Assembly: GCA_963699755.1 (NCBI GenBank)
Contig: CAVOVB010000001.1
Coordinates: forward strand, 1,248,001-1,312,000
Source: an uncultured delta proteobacterium
Lineage (GTDB): Bacteria; Myxococcota_A; Polyangia; Polyangiales; Houyiibacteriaceae
Direction: 5' to 3'
Length of the DNA stretch: 64,000 nucleotides
A program made the position numbers and the translations under genes. Positions within the stretch are counted from its first letter, which is position 1, and each line of letters starts with the position of its first letter. The notes under the pieces were generated by a model, which made no database searches, was not told the origin of the DNA, and was given only the letters and a program-made list of their open reading frames with translations. Positions 29,798 through 39,074 of the stretch are shown here, piece by piece.

Positions 29798-30568
29798 ATG
29801 GTCCCAGCGTCGATGCGCGCCTATGTTCCCTCCGCAATGAAGAGGATTTGGTTGGTAGGGGGGGGCGCCTTTGTGTTCACGCTGGTGGTCGGGATTCGAA
29901 GCATGGGTATCGCCTCGGCGCCTTTGCCAACTGAGACTCGGCTGCTGACTCATCATCTCGGCGTCGCCCTCTCACGATTGGACCCGGGGCCTCGTTCGCG
30001 GGAGTACAGGGAAAGCCTGGCCTATCTTCGGCTGCACGCCGCAGAAGCCGTCTCCGAGCTGCGCGGGCCGCTGCTCGGCGAGCCGGGCAGCTTTCGCAAG
30101 TGGCAACTCACGTATCTGCTCGGCGAGTTCGGTGACCAGAGCGCCATCGACCTGCTCCGAACCTTCATGGACGAGCCGATGCCTCAGCCTGAGCCCGCCC
30201 ACCCGGGAGGTCACGAGATCGATCTCCGGTACAGCGAAGAGAGCGTCTCGCGTGTCCAGGCAGTGACCTCGACCGCGAGGATCGCCTCTCACCGGCCCGA
30301 GCTCCGCGACCAGGTCATCGAGAGCCTGGTCGCGGCTGCCCAAGGTTCTCCCCGGCTCGAGGCCACCGCGATGTTCGAGCTGGGCGAGCTGATGGGTTCC
30401 GAGCTCGAGTCGCTGCGTGGCGTTTTCGGCCCTGAGAAGGCCCAATACTTCGAGCCATTCATGCCGCCCCCCGAGTGGCAAGGTCTGCTCAGCCGCCGAA
30501 TGCAGAAGCATCGAGGAGAGCAGGAAGAGCGCCGTGAGAAACGGAAACCGCTATGCCGGGCAAACTGA
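29798..30568 (+). CDS. Hypothetical membrane-anchored protein with a HEAT-like repeat
   Basis: N-terminal hydrophobic segment; YLLGEFGDQSAIDLL HEAT/PBS-like motif. Start uncertain (29798, 29813 or 29837). Confidence 0.55.
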   Translation: MVPASMRAYVPSAMKRIWLVGGGAFVFTLVVGIRSMGIASAPLPTETRLLTHHLGVALSRLDPGPRSREYRESLAYLRLHAAEAVSELRGPLLGEPGSFRKWQLTYLLGEFGDQSAIDLLRTFMDEPMPQPEPAHPGGHEIDLRYSEESVSRVQAVTSTARIASHRPELRDQVIESLVAAAQGSPRLEATAMFELGELMGSELESLRGVFGPEKAQYFEPFMPPPEWQGLLSRRMQKHRGEQEERREKRKPLCRAN

Positions 30569-31602
30569 AGCTCAGGCTCGATCGAGCGACCGCGCTTCTG
30601 GCTGTGGTTCTGTTGGGCGTCCTCGCGTACATGTTCATGCCGAGCTGTTCCATGCTCGCGGATGCCGACGACACGCTCTGCTATGCGATCGCCAACCCGA
30701 AGGACGGCGTGGTTGACTGGCCTGACGACGAGTACCTGCAGGACCCGACGCGATGGCACGAAGATTCCGAGGGCGCATGCCACCTCTTCGACAGCATCAT
30801 GACGAACCCCTGGGTGCAGAGCGAAGATGCCCGCCTCTACATAGAGGGATTCGGCCTCGTCCAAGGCCACAACTGGGGCGATTTGGGGCGCCCGGAGCCG
30901 GCGACCTTCAACCCGAAGACCGAGTACCTGGAGATCGATACGCCGATGGGCCGGACCTACAATGGATACTCGAACATCGTGTTCGCGAACCTCGAGGGCA
31001 TCGAGCTCGACAGAGGACGCTCTTTGAGTGACTTCGAATACTACGACACCTTCCTCAAGTGGGCATCCGCGTTCGTTTCGCAGCGTACCTATCGAGTCAA
31101 TGGCAACTGCTACCGAAGGTGCGAGACCGTGGACAGCCATCGCTGCGTCATCGCAAATACGGTGACCGGCCCATTCCGAAACGACTACATCGATCTCTTT
31201 CAAACGTTCTTCTACGAGATCGATTCGATTTGGCGAGGCGCGACCATCGTGCACGAGGTGAGGCATGCGCGAGATCAGGTTGCCCATGATGGAGGCTCGG
31301 GTTGTCCGCACCTTTCGGCCTGCGACAAGCGCTGGTCGACCGCTGGCGCCAACACCTACGAGCTTCTCTGGCTCGCCGCCTACTATTGGACCCCCGTCGA
31401 CCACCCCTTCATCACGCCGGCGCGAAGGAACAGGGCCCAAGCGCTATTCAACTCGCGGCGTTACGAGATGTTCAACGAGCCCGTCAGGTGGAAACTCGGA
31501 GACCTCGCGGAAATCAACGAGCTGCCGGAGTTCTACGTGGAGCAGGTCGCATGCTCGGAAGACCCGAACCACCCTCACTATTGCCTTGTCTTGGCCAACT
31601 AG
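30553..31602 (+). CDS. Secreted Cys-rich hypothetical protein with HEXXH zinc-metallopeptidase motif
   Basis: Signal/TM N-terminus; IVHEVRHARDQVAH followed by C....ACD; overlaps the upstream gene by 16 nt. Confidence 0.6.
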   Translation: MPGKLKLRLDRATALLAVVLLGVLAYMFMPSCSMLADADDTLCYAIANPKDGVVDWPDDEYLQDPTRWHEDSEGACHLFDSIMTNPWVQSEDARLYIEGFGLVQGHNWGDLGRPEPATFNPKTEYLEIDTPMGRTYNGYSNIVFANLEGIELDRGRSLSDFEYYDTFLKWASAFVSQRTYRVNGNCYRRCETVDSHRCVIANTVTGPFRNDYIDLFQTFFYEIDSIWRGATIVHEVRHARDQVAHDGGSGCPHLSACDKRWSTAGANTYELLWLAAYYWTPVDHPFITPARRNRAQALFNSRRYEMFNEPVRWKLGDLAEINELPEFYVEQVACSEDPNHPHYCLVLAN

Positions 31603-31611
31603 GAGGCACCC

Positions 31612-32163
31612 ATGACGCGACGACGATGCGTTCCAACCACGATGCTCTCAGCCGCTCTTGTCTGCGGCCTGCTGCAGTTCGGCTGCACCACAGAAGAGCA
31701 AGTCTCGTCAACCGCAGGCGGCTATACGTTTTCCAGGGATTTCGATGGTGAACGACGTGTTCTCCGACTTGATCCCTCAGACGAGCAGTCGGTGCAATGC
31801 ATGATGGCGAGCCTACCGGCCCCGACAAACGCTGCCTGGAGAGAGGCCTTCCTCAACCCAGAGCTTCATCTCGCCCTGATCGACCTCGTCTTCGACGAGG
31901 CACGCCTGCCCTCCTATCAAGCCGATGCGGACGCCATCGACGCGAAGGGGTCTTTCGTTTGCAGTCCGCGCCCTGGCGAGCCGGACTTCTGCTATTTGCC
32001 GCAACTGGTCGTCACCGGTGACGTGCCGAGACTGCTCTCGCACGGTGACAGCTCACCCCTGCGCTTCGGTCTCCAGCCCGAAATTTCGCTCTCCGAAGAC
32101 GGTCAAGAGCTCCTCGACACGTTCGTCGTCGTCCACGAGGCCTGCTGGGACGCAGCCGACTAG
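31612..32163 (+). CDS. Hypothetical lipoprotein
   Basis: AGGAGG SD; lipobox-like LQFGC; 9 nt after the HEXXH gene. Confidence 0.55.
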   Translation: MTRRRCVPTTMLSAALVCGLLQFGCTTEEQVSSTAGGYTFSRDFDGERRVLRLDPSDEQSVQCMMASLPAPTNAAWREAFLNPELHLALIDLVFDEARLPSYQADADAIDAKGSFVCSPRPGEPDFCYLPQLVVTGDVPRLLSHGDSSPLRFGLQPEISLSEDGQELLDTFVVVHEACWDAAD

Positions 32164-33476
32164 CCGAGCAGCTCGAAGCGATCGCAATAGCCCGCGAAAC
32201 GTTCGTGGATTGCATCGGTGTCGAGGCCGAAGCCCTCGCTGCTATGAACGTGTCGCGGGCTCGGCTTCGCGCGCTTTGCCCGCATGTACTCGTGCATCGC
32301 GATCCTCGCCTCCTCTGTAAGCTCCATCCCGAGTGCCTGATACGCCTTCGCGATCGTCCCCACCGGGTCCCGACTCAGATCCGGCGATCGGACGTGTGCG
32401 ACGCGTCCGGCGGGAAGGCGGTCTAGCGTGCGAACCGCAGGCTCGAGCAATCGAGTCATGTAGCTCTCCGAGAGCTCGGCGCCGATCGCCCTGGCGTCGA
32501 CATCAGTGCTGAAGACCGAACGCGCGTAGGCGTGAAGACTACAAATCGAGCTCAGCGTCTCGGCCGGATCCCGGTGCATGAACACGAACTTCGCGCCCGG
32601 AAACACCTCGAGGATCTCCTTCACGAAAAAGGTGTGCGTAGGATCCTTGAGGACGAACCTCTTTCCATAGGGCCGATGGTGCTGCACCAGCTGGAGCTGG
32701 CGGCGGTGCTGGCGGTACGCGATGCGGGCATCCTGCACGAGGAGCCAATCCAGGTAGCCGGCCACCCTGTACTGCACGTTGAATTGTGGCGTCCGAAAGA
32801 CGTTGGTGAACATGCCGCGGCACTCGTCGGTTTGCTCCGCATCCATCGGATGAATCGCTTTGATGCTTGGCGAGAGGATGTCGGCGAGCATGAGCGTTCT
32901 AGCGAGCTTTCGCTGTCGCGGCTCCGGTCCTTCCGGCGTATAGACAGGATCGAAGCTCTCCCAGTGAGGCAGGGTTCGGTTGTCGGGGTCTTCGCCGAGC
33001 AAGCGATGCAGAACGGTCGTCCCGCTCCGGAAGAGACCCAAGACGAAGACAGGGCTTGGGAGCGAGGTCTCCTCGATTGCGGGAGTGTCACGAAGCGCCT
33101 GCTCGACCCGCAAGTGCGTGCCAGCCATGCGCGTGCAGTCGATCCACGCCGCAATCTTCCCGATGAAGTTGAGCGCCGCGTCCTGATTGAGCGATTCCGT
33201 CAGAGCGACTAGCGCTGATTGTGCCTCCGCACTTGGATCGCCGGCATCAGGGTTCAAGCGCTGCGCGCGCTCCCAGTAGAGGTCCGCCGAAGGCCGGCCC
33301 AGGGGCTCAAATGAACCGCCCATCGCGTTGATCGCGCGCACCCACCATGGATGCGAATCGCGCGCATGAGTGAACTGAGGAACCCGTACCTCCGGGCGCC
33401 GTCGCAGTCGAATTGCGGACGGAAGCTCGAGGTCGATCGCAACAGGTGGCGGCGGATAGGTAGACTGTCGGCCCAT
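32160..33476 (-). CDS. Sulfotransferase family protein (Sulfotransfer_3)
   Basis: 5'-PSB loop GLFRSGTT, VLKDPTH, 3'-PB motif HRDPAETLSS. Start uncertain. Confidence 0.85.
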   Translation of the reverse strand: MGRQSTYPPPPVAIDLELPSAIRLRRRPEVRVPQFTHARDSHPWWVRAINAMGGSFEPLGRPSADLYWERAQRLNPDAGDPSAEAQSALVALTESLNQDAALNFIGKIAAWIDCTRMAGTHLRVEQALRDTPAIEETSLPSPVFVLGLFRSGTTVLHRLLGEDPDNRTLPHWESFDPVYTPEGPEPRQRKLARTLMLADILSPSIKAIHPMDAEQTDECRGMFTNVFRTPQFNVQYRVAGYLDWLLVQDARIAYRQHRRQLQLVQHHRPYGKRFVLKDPTHTFFVKEILEVFPGAKFVFMHRDPAETLSSICSLHAYARSVFSTDVDARAIGAELSESYMTRLLEPAVRTLDRLPAGRVAHVRSPDLSRDPVGTIAKAYQALGMELTEEARIAMHEYMRAKRAKPSPRHVHSSEGFGLDTDAIHERFAGYCDRFELLG

Positions 33477-33591
33477 GGACAACTGGCGGTACCAAACCAC
33501 GATCGACGATCTGCGGGTAGTTTTCGACGTTTTCTGGCTTTGAGGGGGTGACCCCGGGCCCAAAGAGGCCTAAAGTCGCCGTACTGAGCCG

Positions 33592-34203
33592 ATGAGAAGT
33601 CTCGCACCAGTCCTAGCCGCGAGTCTGCTGTGCCTGATGGGCGCTGCGCCAGCATCGGCCGAAAACCCGGGGCAGGAGGGTGCGGTCGTGACGGTCGACA
33701 CCCTCGGCGCGGCAGCCGACTACCCGGTGCTCACCCGCGGCCAGGTGATGCTCATCAACGCGCAGCGCCTCATCGTCACCGAGGAGCCGCTCCCGCTTGC
33801 CAAGGTCGCCGAAGCGCCGCCCGCGCCAGAAGCGATCGAGGCCGACAGACCCAGCGCGCCCTATGCCGGCGCGATTTGGGTCGCACCGCACTGGATCTAC
33901 GGTCCAACGGGCTTCTCCTGGGTCGCCGGCCGCTACGTCGCGCCGCGGGCAGGTCACGTCTTCGTCCCGCCGCGCTGGGCCTCTTTCGAGGAGCAGTACT
34001 TCTACTTCTCGGGCTTCTACGTTCCGTACGGTGTCTATGTGCGCAGCTACTTCAACCGCTACTACTACAGCGGGGTGCCCAACCGGCAGTCACGGCCCGA
34101 CCACGGTCCGTACTGGCCTATCGGCGCACCGACCCGGGCGAACAGCGCGCTGAGCAGCGCCAGCGCGCGTGACCCGTACTGGCCGATCGGCGCTCGCCGC
34201 TAG
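33592..34203 (+). CDS. Secreted YXWGXW/WXXGXW-repeat-like protein
   Basis: Signal peptide ending ASA; WVAPHW, WVAGRY, FVPPRW units; duplicated PYWPIGA at the C-terminus. Confidence 0.6.
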   Translation: MRSLAPVLAASLLCLMGAAPASAENPGQEGAVVTVDTLGAAADYPVLTRGQVMLINAQRLIVTEEPLPLAKVAEAPPAPEAIEADRPSAPYAGAIWVAPHWIYGPTGFSWVAGRYVAPRAGHVFVPPRWASFEEQYFYFSGFYVPYGVYVRSYFNRYYYSGVPNRQSRPDHGPYWPIGAPTRANSALSSASARDPYWPIGARR

Positions 34204-35573
34204 AGCGCCAAGCCGCTCAAGGGGCCCTGGCTGTACTGCGGCACACCGAAGGTGCTGGCGGGTTTGTCCATCGCGTGCGTCAGCGAGACCAGAAGCTTGC
34301 CGTGGGGCTCACCTCCGAAGTCGATGTGCTGCCCGGTCCTGAAATAGCCCTGACAGCCTCCCGCCAAGATGATCGGAATGTCGCGGCGCGTGTGCGAGTT
34401 CCCTTTGCCGAGCTCGTTGACCCAAACGACCACGGTGTTGTCCAGCAAGCTGTTGTCGCCCTCCTGAATGCCATCCATCAGGCCGAGCAAGTAGGCGAAC
34501 TGCTCCGAATACCACTTGTTGATCTCGAGAAGGTCCGCTTTCGCGCTGCCATCGCTGTCGTCGTAGTGCGAAAGGCCATGGTGCCCTTCACCGAGGAGCT
34601 GCGGGACCCAGTTGAAGCGGACGCCACTCACCGAGCGTGACCATTGGAGCGAGGCGACCCGCGTGAGGTCGCAGGCGAGCGCCATCACGAGCATGTCCAT
34701 TTGGGCCTTGCCGGTGAGCGGATACATGTCGTTCTGCTCAAAGGCGCTCCCAGGCAGATTCAGCGCGGGAGAGACGCAGGCCTCACCAAAGCTCGTCGTG
34801 ATTTCGAGCCTTTGCTCGAGGTCTCGAATCGACTGCAGGTGCTTGTCGAGCTTCTGCTTGTCCTCGTAGCCGAGCCGGCTCTGGAACGCCGCGTGGTCCT
34901 CCATGACCGCGTCGAGCACGCTCTTTCGCCGTTTCTGGATGAGCCTCAGCGCGAACGGATCGGAGTCGATGTCACTGAAGAAGTCGGTGAAGTTCTGGTT
35001 CGGGTCTTCGCGCGGAGGTACGGGCTGATCGGGAGCCGAGTACGACATCCGGGACCAGACCGACGAGCTCTTCACCTGTACGCCGAGCTCGAGCGACTTG
35101 AACTTGGTGACGACGTCCTTGGCGACTTCGTCCGCAATGTACTGATCGACCGACTGGCCGCCGCCCCAGCCGACGTATTGCTCGTTGCCCGCGTCGCAGT
35201 TCCCCTCGCAGAACAAGCTGCCGGGAAGGATCTCGGCGTTGGTCAGCAGGCAGGCCATACCGGTCTGATGGCCGTCGCCGATCGAGTCGTAGGCCACGTC
35301 TTGGTCGACGCCGTCGAGGAAGATCAGCTTGTTCGAGAAGGGCGCCATCGCTGCGTGAAGAGGGTGCCCGCTCAAGTCCATGTTCCCGGGTGGGCTCCAG
35401 ATGTCTTGTCTCGTGCCGTTCGCCGTGAACCAGAAGACGATGCGCTTGGGCCCCGCCCCGGCTTGAGCGAAGCCCTTACGCGGCAGCATCGCATCGAGCA
35501 TCGGCAAGCCGATGGCCACCGTGCCGCCAAAGAGCGTGCCCTTGAGCATGGCGCGACGTTTGATCCGCTTCAC
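34200..35573 (-). CDS. DUF1552 domain Tat-exported protein
   Basis: IKRRAMLKG Tat leader, GLPMLDAM, SVDQYIA, SLELGV, ALACDLTRV, HHGLSH, LLDNT, GNSH. Confidence 0.9.
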   Translation of the reverse strand: MKRIKRRAMLKGTLFGGTVAIGLPMLDAMLPRKGFAQAGAGPKRIVFWFTANGTRQDIWSPPGNMDLSGHPLHAAMAPFSNKLIFLDGVDQDVAYDSIGDGHQTGMACLLTNAEILPGSLFCEGNCDAGNEQYVGWGGGQSVDQYIADEVAKDVVTKFKSLELGVQVKSSSVWSRMSYSAPDQPVPPREDPNQNFTDFFSDIDSDPFALRLIQKRRKSVLDAVMEDHAAFQSRLGYEDKQKLDKHLQSIRDLEQRLEITTSFGEACVSPALNLPGSAFEQNDMYPLTGKAQMDMLVMALACDLTRVASLQWSRSVSGVRFNWVPQLLGEGHHGLSHYDDSDGSAKADLLEINKWYSEQFAYLLGLMDGIQEGDNSLLDNTVVVWVNELGKGNSHTRRDIPIILAGGCQGYFRTGQHIDFGGEPHGKLLVSLTHAMDKPASTFGVPQYSQGPLSGLAL

Positions 35574-37252
35574 AGCACACCTCCATTGGCGTCGGGTTCG
35601 AGCCCGACCGCGCGGCGGTAGAGGAAGGCATTGGTCTGCGTCAGGGCGACCAGGAGCGCCTTGATGTTGAAGCCCGAGGCACGAAACACATCATTGAGCT
35701 GCTCGACGCTGCAGCTGTCTTCGGCCGTGACGGTTCGGTTGTATGCGAAACGGAACCACTGGGACGAGACGCACTCTCGTACTTGCGTACTCCCGGCGAG
35801 AGCGCTCGCGAGCTCGATCGCGCCGTCGTAGTCGCCATCGATGTCATCGGTCTGCACGACCTCCCCGGTCGCATCGATGTTCTTGCCGTTCTGCTGGTCA
35901 CGCCACTGCCCAATGGCGTCGTAGTGCTCGAAGATGAAGCCGATCGGGTTCATCAGGGTATGGCAGCCGGCGCAGGCTGGATTAGCGCCGATCTCCTCGA
36001 ACTGCTCCTTGGTGGTTTTGGTCGGGTCGAGCTCTGGCGGCACGATGACCAAATCGTTGGGCGGAGGCGGCAGCGTGTTGCACATCAGCTGCTCGCGCAC
36101 GAACTTTCCGCGAAAGACCGGCGAGCTCTGGTTGACGTTCGCATGCGTCGCCATGAGGCCTGCGCTCGTGAGGAAGCCCGCCCTGCGTTCCGGATCGACC
36201 TGCACCTGCCGAAACTCCGGTCCCGAGACCGATTCGAGCACGTCACCACCGTAAAAGCTCGCGAGCTCTTCGTTCATGAAGCTGTAGTCGGCGGTCAGGA
36301 GGGTTTCGAGCGAGCCGTCACCTTCGAGAATCACCTGCTCGACGAAGGTTTGAATCTCTTCCTTCCACAGCCCGCGGAGGGAGCTCTGGTAGGCGGGGTA
36401 GACCGCCGTGTCTTTGGTCACGCTGTCGAGATGGGTCAGCTGGAGCCACTGCGTGTGGAAGTTTCGGATGAGGTCGCGCGCCTTCTCGTCCTCGAGCATG
36501 CGCGTGGCCTGGGCCGCGATTTGCTCTTTCGTTCGCAGCTCGTCGGCCTCAGCCGCAGCGAAGAGCGCGTCGTCGGGCATCGTGTTCCAGAGCATGTAGG
36601 AGAGCTTGGTGGCCATCTCCCAGCTAGTAAACGGCACCACATCGCCTTCGATGGGAGTCTCCGCGCCAAGCTCGGGACGATAAAGGAAGGAAGGAGATTG
36701 CAGCATCACTTGAAGAACGACTTCGATGCCGTCTTCGAATCGCCCGAGGTCGGCGTCGGCGATCGCCCAGTCGAATACGCTCTGGAAGCGTTCGATTTCA
36801 GGCTCAGACAACGGTCGCCTGAACGCGCGCTTTCCAAAGTCCTCGATGAAGGACGAGGCGCAGGCGTCGTGGCCGTCGAGCTCCGGGTCGCAGCCGGGGA
36901 TGAGTGCGCTCATGTTGCCGACGGCCCGCGCGCTGATGTCCTCGGCGACCTTCATGTACTGCTCGATCAGCAGGTCACTGCTCGTGAGCGCGGCGGCCTG
37001 GTTGTTGAAGCCCGCGACTTCTTCTTCGGGCGGAAGCGCATCGGCCGGACTGCTGGTATCGCCGAGCAGGTCGCGGACGGTGCGGTTGTACTCGAACCGC
37101 GTTAGGCGCCGGATCGGCGTGTCGACGACGCAGAGGCTCTTGGCAACGGTATCGTTGATGGCGCGTTCGCCTTCGCCACCGATTGCACCGTTGCAGCCCG
37201 CGAGGAAAACGGCGGCGAGCATTGGATAGAATTTACTCCCTTGGGGCGGCAA
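35570..37252 (-). CDS. DUF1587/1595/1592/1588/1585 domain lipoprotein with CxxCH
   Basis: AAGGAG SD before TTG; lipobox LAGC; IRRLTRFEYNRTVRDLLG, LQSPSFLYRPE, SSPVFRG, CAGCH; GTGA overlap with the DUF1552 gene. Confidence 0.9.
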   Translation of the reverse strand: MPPQGSKFYPMLAAVFLAGCNGAIGGEGERAINDTVAKSLCVVDTPIRRLTRFEYNRTVRDLLGDTSSPADALPPEEEVAGFNNQAAALTSSDLLIEQYMKVAEDISARAVGNMSALIPGCDPELDGHDACASSFIEDFGKRAFRRPLSEPEIERFQSVFDWAIADADLGRFEDGIEVVLQVMLQSPSFLYRPELGAETPIEGDVVPFTSWEMATKLSYMLWNTMPDDALFAAAEADELRTKEQIAAQATRMLEDEKARDLIRNFHTQWLQLTHLDSVTKDTAVYPAYQSSLRGLWKEEIQTFVEQVILEGDGSLETLLTADYSFMNEELASFYGGDVLESVSGPEFRQVQVDPERRAGFLTSAGLMATHANVNQSSPVFRGKFVREQLMCNTLPPPPNDLVIVPPELDPTKTTKEQFEEIGANPACAGCHTLMNPIGFIFEHYDAIGQWRDQQNGKNIDATGEVVQTDDIDGDYDGAIELASALAGSTQVRECVSSQWFRFAYNRTVTAEDSCSVEQLNDVFRASGFNIKALLVALTQTNAFLYRRAVGLEPDANGGVL

Positions 37253-37346
37253 TCTGGATGCTCCTTTAGCTGGAGCCTTCCAGGATACATCCTAAAGGGT
37301 CGTGACGCACATTCAGTGTTCAGTTGAAATCGTATGCCGTCTCACC

Positions 37347-37386
37347 GAAAAAGGGGACAGTCTCCTTTTCTGGAACTGTCCCCTTC
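37347..37386 (-). terminator. Hairpin AAGGGGACAGT-N13-ACTGTCCCCTT followed by a U run; probable intrinsic terminator of the acs-actP-porin operon, REP-like sequence
   Basis: Perfect 11-bp arms at 37351-37361 and 37375-37385; T5 tract on the minus strand; about 50 nt after the porin stop. Confidence 0.6.
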
Positions 37387-37435
37387 GTTGGTTTGTGCGC
37401 TATCCCACGGACAGCCCACGGCCGCTGCCGCCTGC

Positions 37436-39046
37436 CTAGATGAACAGGTGCATTTGAAGGATGAACGAGTTGCCTTTTCGGCTTTCCACCGTCCCGTCCG
37501 GGTTGAAGATCGGGCGATTCCGGTATTCGAGGGTCACCTTGGCGTTGTGCTTCTCGATGAACATGTTCACGCCGAGACCGAAGTGAGCCATGATGTCGCT
37601 GTAGGCCTCCCACTTCGAGATCTGCGTGTTGACGTACGGCTGGAACTGGATCGACTGGCCCACCGTCCCCGGCAGCAGGAACCCGAGCTCGCTGTACGCC
37701 GTGTGGCCAGTTCCGAGAAGGGTGTACGCGTTTCCTCCTCCGTTCAAACCCGTGCCCGGGTCCGCGGGATTCATGATGCCGATGGGGCGGATGTGGTTCG
37801 GCCCGTAGTCGTTGTAGTAGTAGACGCCGTACCAGGTCGCCGCTCCTCCGTGTTCGGTCTTGAACGGCATGTCGAGGAACAAGTCCGCCCCAATGTTCAA
37901 CAAAGTCCGCTCTCGGATCGATGCCGGGTCGGCCGCATCCGCTAGGTACACGATACCCTTGGGTTGTGCGTGGAATCCAAACCCGAAGTTGAAGACCTTC
38001 TTCGATCCGATATAGGTCCCCACCGTGTACGGAAGCACGTTCGATTCGATGTCGAGAAACTGGAACTGGAAGTATCCCTGGTAGGCCCAGTTGTTCGCGG
38101 TGGCGTTGTAGTTCCCAACCGCGCCGACCTCGGGCACCGTCCCGGCGACCAACGAGACTTCGTAGGGAGTAAACGGCCTGGTGAACGCGAAACGGTAGTC
38201 GAACAGCCCGAGCTTGCCTTTGGCGTAGATCCCCAATTGGCGCGCGAACTGGTCGGTGCGCTCGATGGTGGTCCAGTTCACGATCGGTGCATCCAGGCTC
38301 ATCAAGGTGATCGTACTCGCGTTGGTCATACGTGAGACGCCGTTCCAGTACAGAAGCCCGGCGCCGACGTAGAGCTTGTTGTTCCTCGATAGCTGGAACT
38401 CGGCCCAGGCGTCGTGAAAGAAGAGCTGGGGCTTCCGAGCGTTTCGGAAGGTCTGGTTGTTGATGCCGATGTGCATCAGGAGAAACACGCGCGGGAAGAT
38501 CTGACCAAACGCCAGAAAGCGTGCGCGCCGGAGGCCGACGTCCGCATACCAGGGGTCCGCGTTCCCAAGCACCTCGGTGCCGGGGTTGAGCTGCATCGCC
38601 CGCGTCCAGACCTGCAGCCACATGGCGAGCCGGAAATACAGGGTTCCGTCGTCGTTCAAGCTCCATTGAAGCTTCTTGGCGCGGCCATCCGCCGAGACCA
38701 GGCCCACTCCAGTGCCCGGCGCTGATGTGGGCTCGGGGGCCAGCTTGCGGCCCATCAGCTGCATCTGGCGTTTGGCGTCCGCTAGCCGCTTTTCCATTTC
38801 CGCGATGGCCGCCTCGGCCTCGTCGAGCTCTTGCTCGAGGTCCTGCTCTGTCGGCTCGGCCGCTGGCTGGAACGCCTCCGCTTCCGCTGCGTCGTCCGCG
38901 TCGTCGATGGCTGTCTCCCCAGGAGCCGGTTGGGCCAAGGTTGAGGTGGGGACGAATCCCGCTAGCGCAACCCAGGCGATCGCTGTGAACCAGGCGCTCC
39001 ATGCTCGTTGCGGCCGAGGGCCGTCTCTACGTTCTTGCCTCATCAC
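37436..39046 (-). CDS. Outer-membrane beta-barrel (porin-like) with N-terminal acidic coiled coil
   Basis: Signal peptide; coiled coil LEQELDEAEAAIAEMEKRL; LRRARF and FHDAWAEF porin-type motifs; amphipathic last strand; last gene of the acetate operon. Start uncertain. Confidence 0.7.
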   Translation of the reverse strand: MMRQERRDGPRPQRAWSAWFTAIAWVALAGFVPTSTLAQPAPGETAIDDADDAAEAEAFQPAAEPTEQDLEQELDEAEAAIAEMEKRLADAKRQMQLMGRKLAPEPTSAPGTGVGLVSADGRAKKLQWSLNDDGTLYFRLAMWLQVWTRAMQLNPGTEVLGNADPWYADVGLRRARFLAFGQIFPRVFLLMHIGINNQTFRNARKPQLFFHDAWAEFQLSRNNKLYVGAGLLYWNGVSRMTNASTITLMSLDAPIVNWTTIERTDQFARQLGIYAKGKLGLFDYRFAFTRPFTPYEVSLVAGTVPEVGAVGNYNATANNWAYQGYFQFQFLDIESNVLPYTVGTYIGSKKVFNFGFGFHAQPKGIVYLADAADPASIRERTLLNIGADLFLDMPFKTEHGGAATWYGVYYYNDYGPNHIRPIGIMNPADPGTGLNGGGNAYTLLGTGHTAYSELGFLLPGTVGQSIQFQPYVNTQISKWEAYSDIMAHFGLGVNMFIEKHNAKVTLEYRNRPIFNPDGTVESRKGNSFILQMHLFI

Positions 39047-39074
39047 AACCTACCTCTCTGCTTCGAGTAAATCG

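Noticed and set aside
37330..37342. TCGTATGCCGTCT, a 13-nt match to the Illumina P7 adapter
   Set aside because: The match stops before TCTGCTTG and the flanks look genomic (terminator hairpin, intact genes). Probably chance; read mapping would settle it.
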